DNA of 64,000 nucleotides from the human T2T-CHM13v2.0 reference genome, Homo sapiens: assembly GCF_009914755.1 (NCBI RefSeq), contig NC_060931.1; one strand, written 5' to 3'. Positions 63,747 to 64,000 of the stretch are shown here, one piece after another (the first letter of the stretch is position 1; the number at the start of each line of letters is the position of its first letter). Position numbers and translations under genes: made by a program. The notes under the pieces are model-generated. The model made no database searches. It was not told where the DNA came from and worked only from the letters and a program-made list of their open reading frames with translations.

Positions 63747-64000
63747 ACTCAACCACTAATTCCCTCCCAAATCTTTAACATGTCACAGGAAAAAGATGAA
63801 TGATAATCTAAATTGGCTAATTCTGAATTACCTACTGTAACTGACATCAATGAGGGCTATATGTATGCAAGGTAAGTAAGACCAGTACTCTTGTTTTTTA
63901 TACTTTTATCAACATATATTGCACATAACATTCACCCAAACCAGTAATCTTTTTATACCTAATCAAAATAATGTAACTCAGACTAACTTTAGAATATAAG

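Overview
Primate (most likely human) genomic DNA, AT-rich and dominated by interspersed repeats. The only host gene I can support is IMMP2L (mitochondrial inner-membrane peptidase subunit 2; chr7q31 in human, from recall) on the minus strand. Its first coding exon is at 61623-61759 (ATG at 61757) and the next coding exon at 27548-27651, separated by a 33,971-bp intron; everything else is intronic. The window holds a full-length but ORF2-dead L1PA3/4-type element (about 40131-46303) nested in an old MaLR provirus, a 5'-inverted (twin-primed) L1PA, several truncated L1s, about 18 Alus, solo LTRs, DNA-transposon fossils, MIR/L2 remnants and a 33-nt U2 snRNA retrocopy. Nearly all ORFs in the supplied track are L1/Alu-derived or chance ORFs. 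I did not find a convincing previously undescribed biological system. The best leads are structural or regulatory: the L1 antisense promoter/ORF0 pointing at IMMP2L exon 3, L1 and Alu pairs bracketing that exon, a local non-tandem duplication, and possible L1-L1 gene conversion. Repeat subfamily names were assigned by eye from remembered consensus sequences and need RepeatMasker/Dfam confirmation; boundaries of old repeats are approximate.
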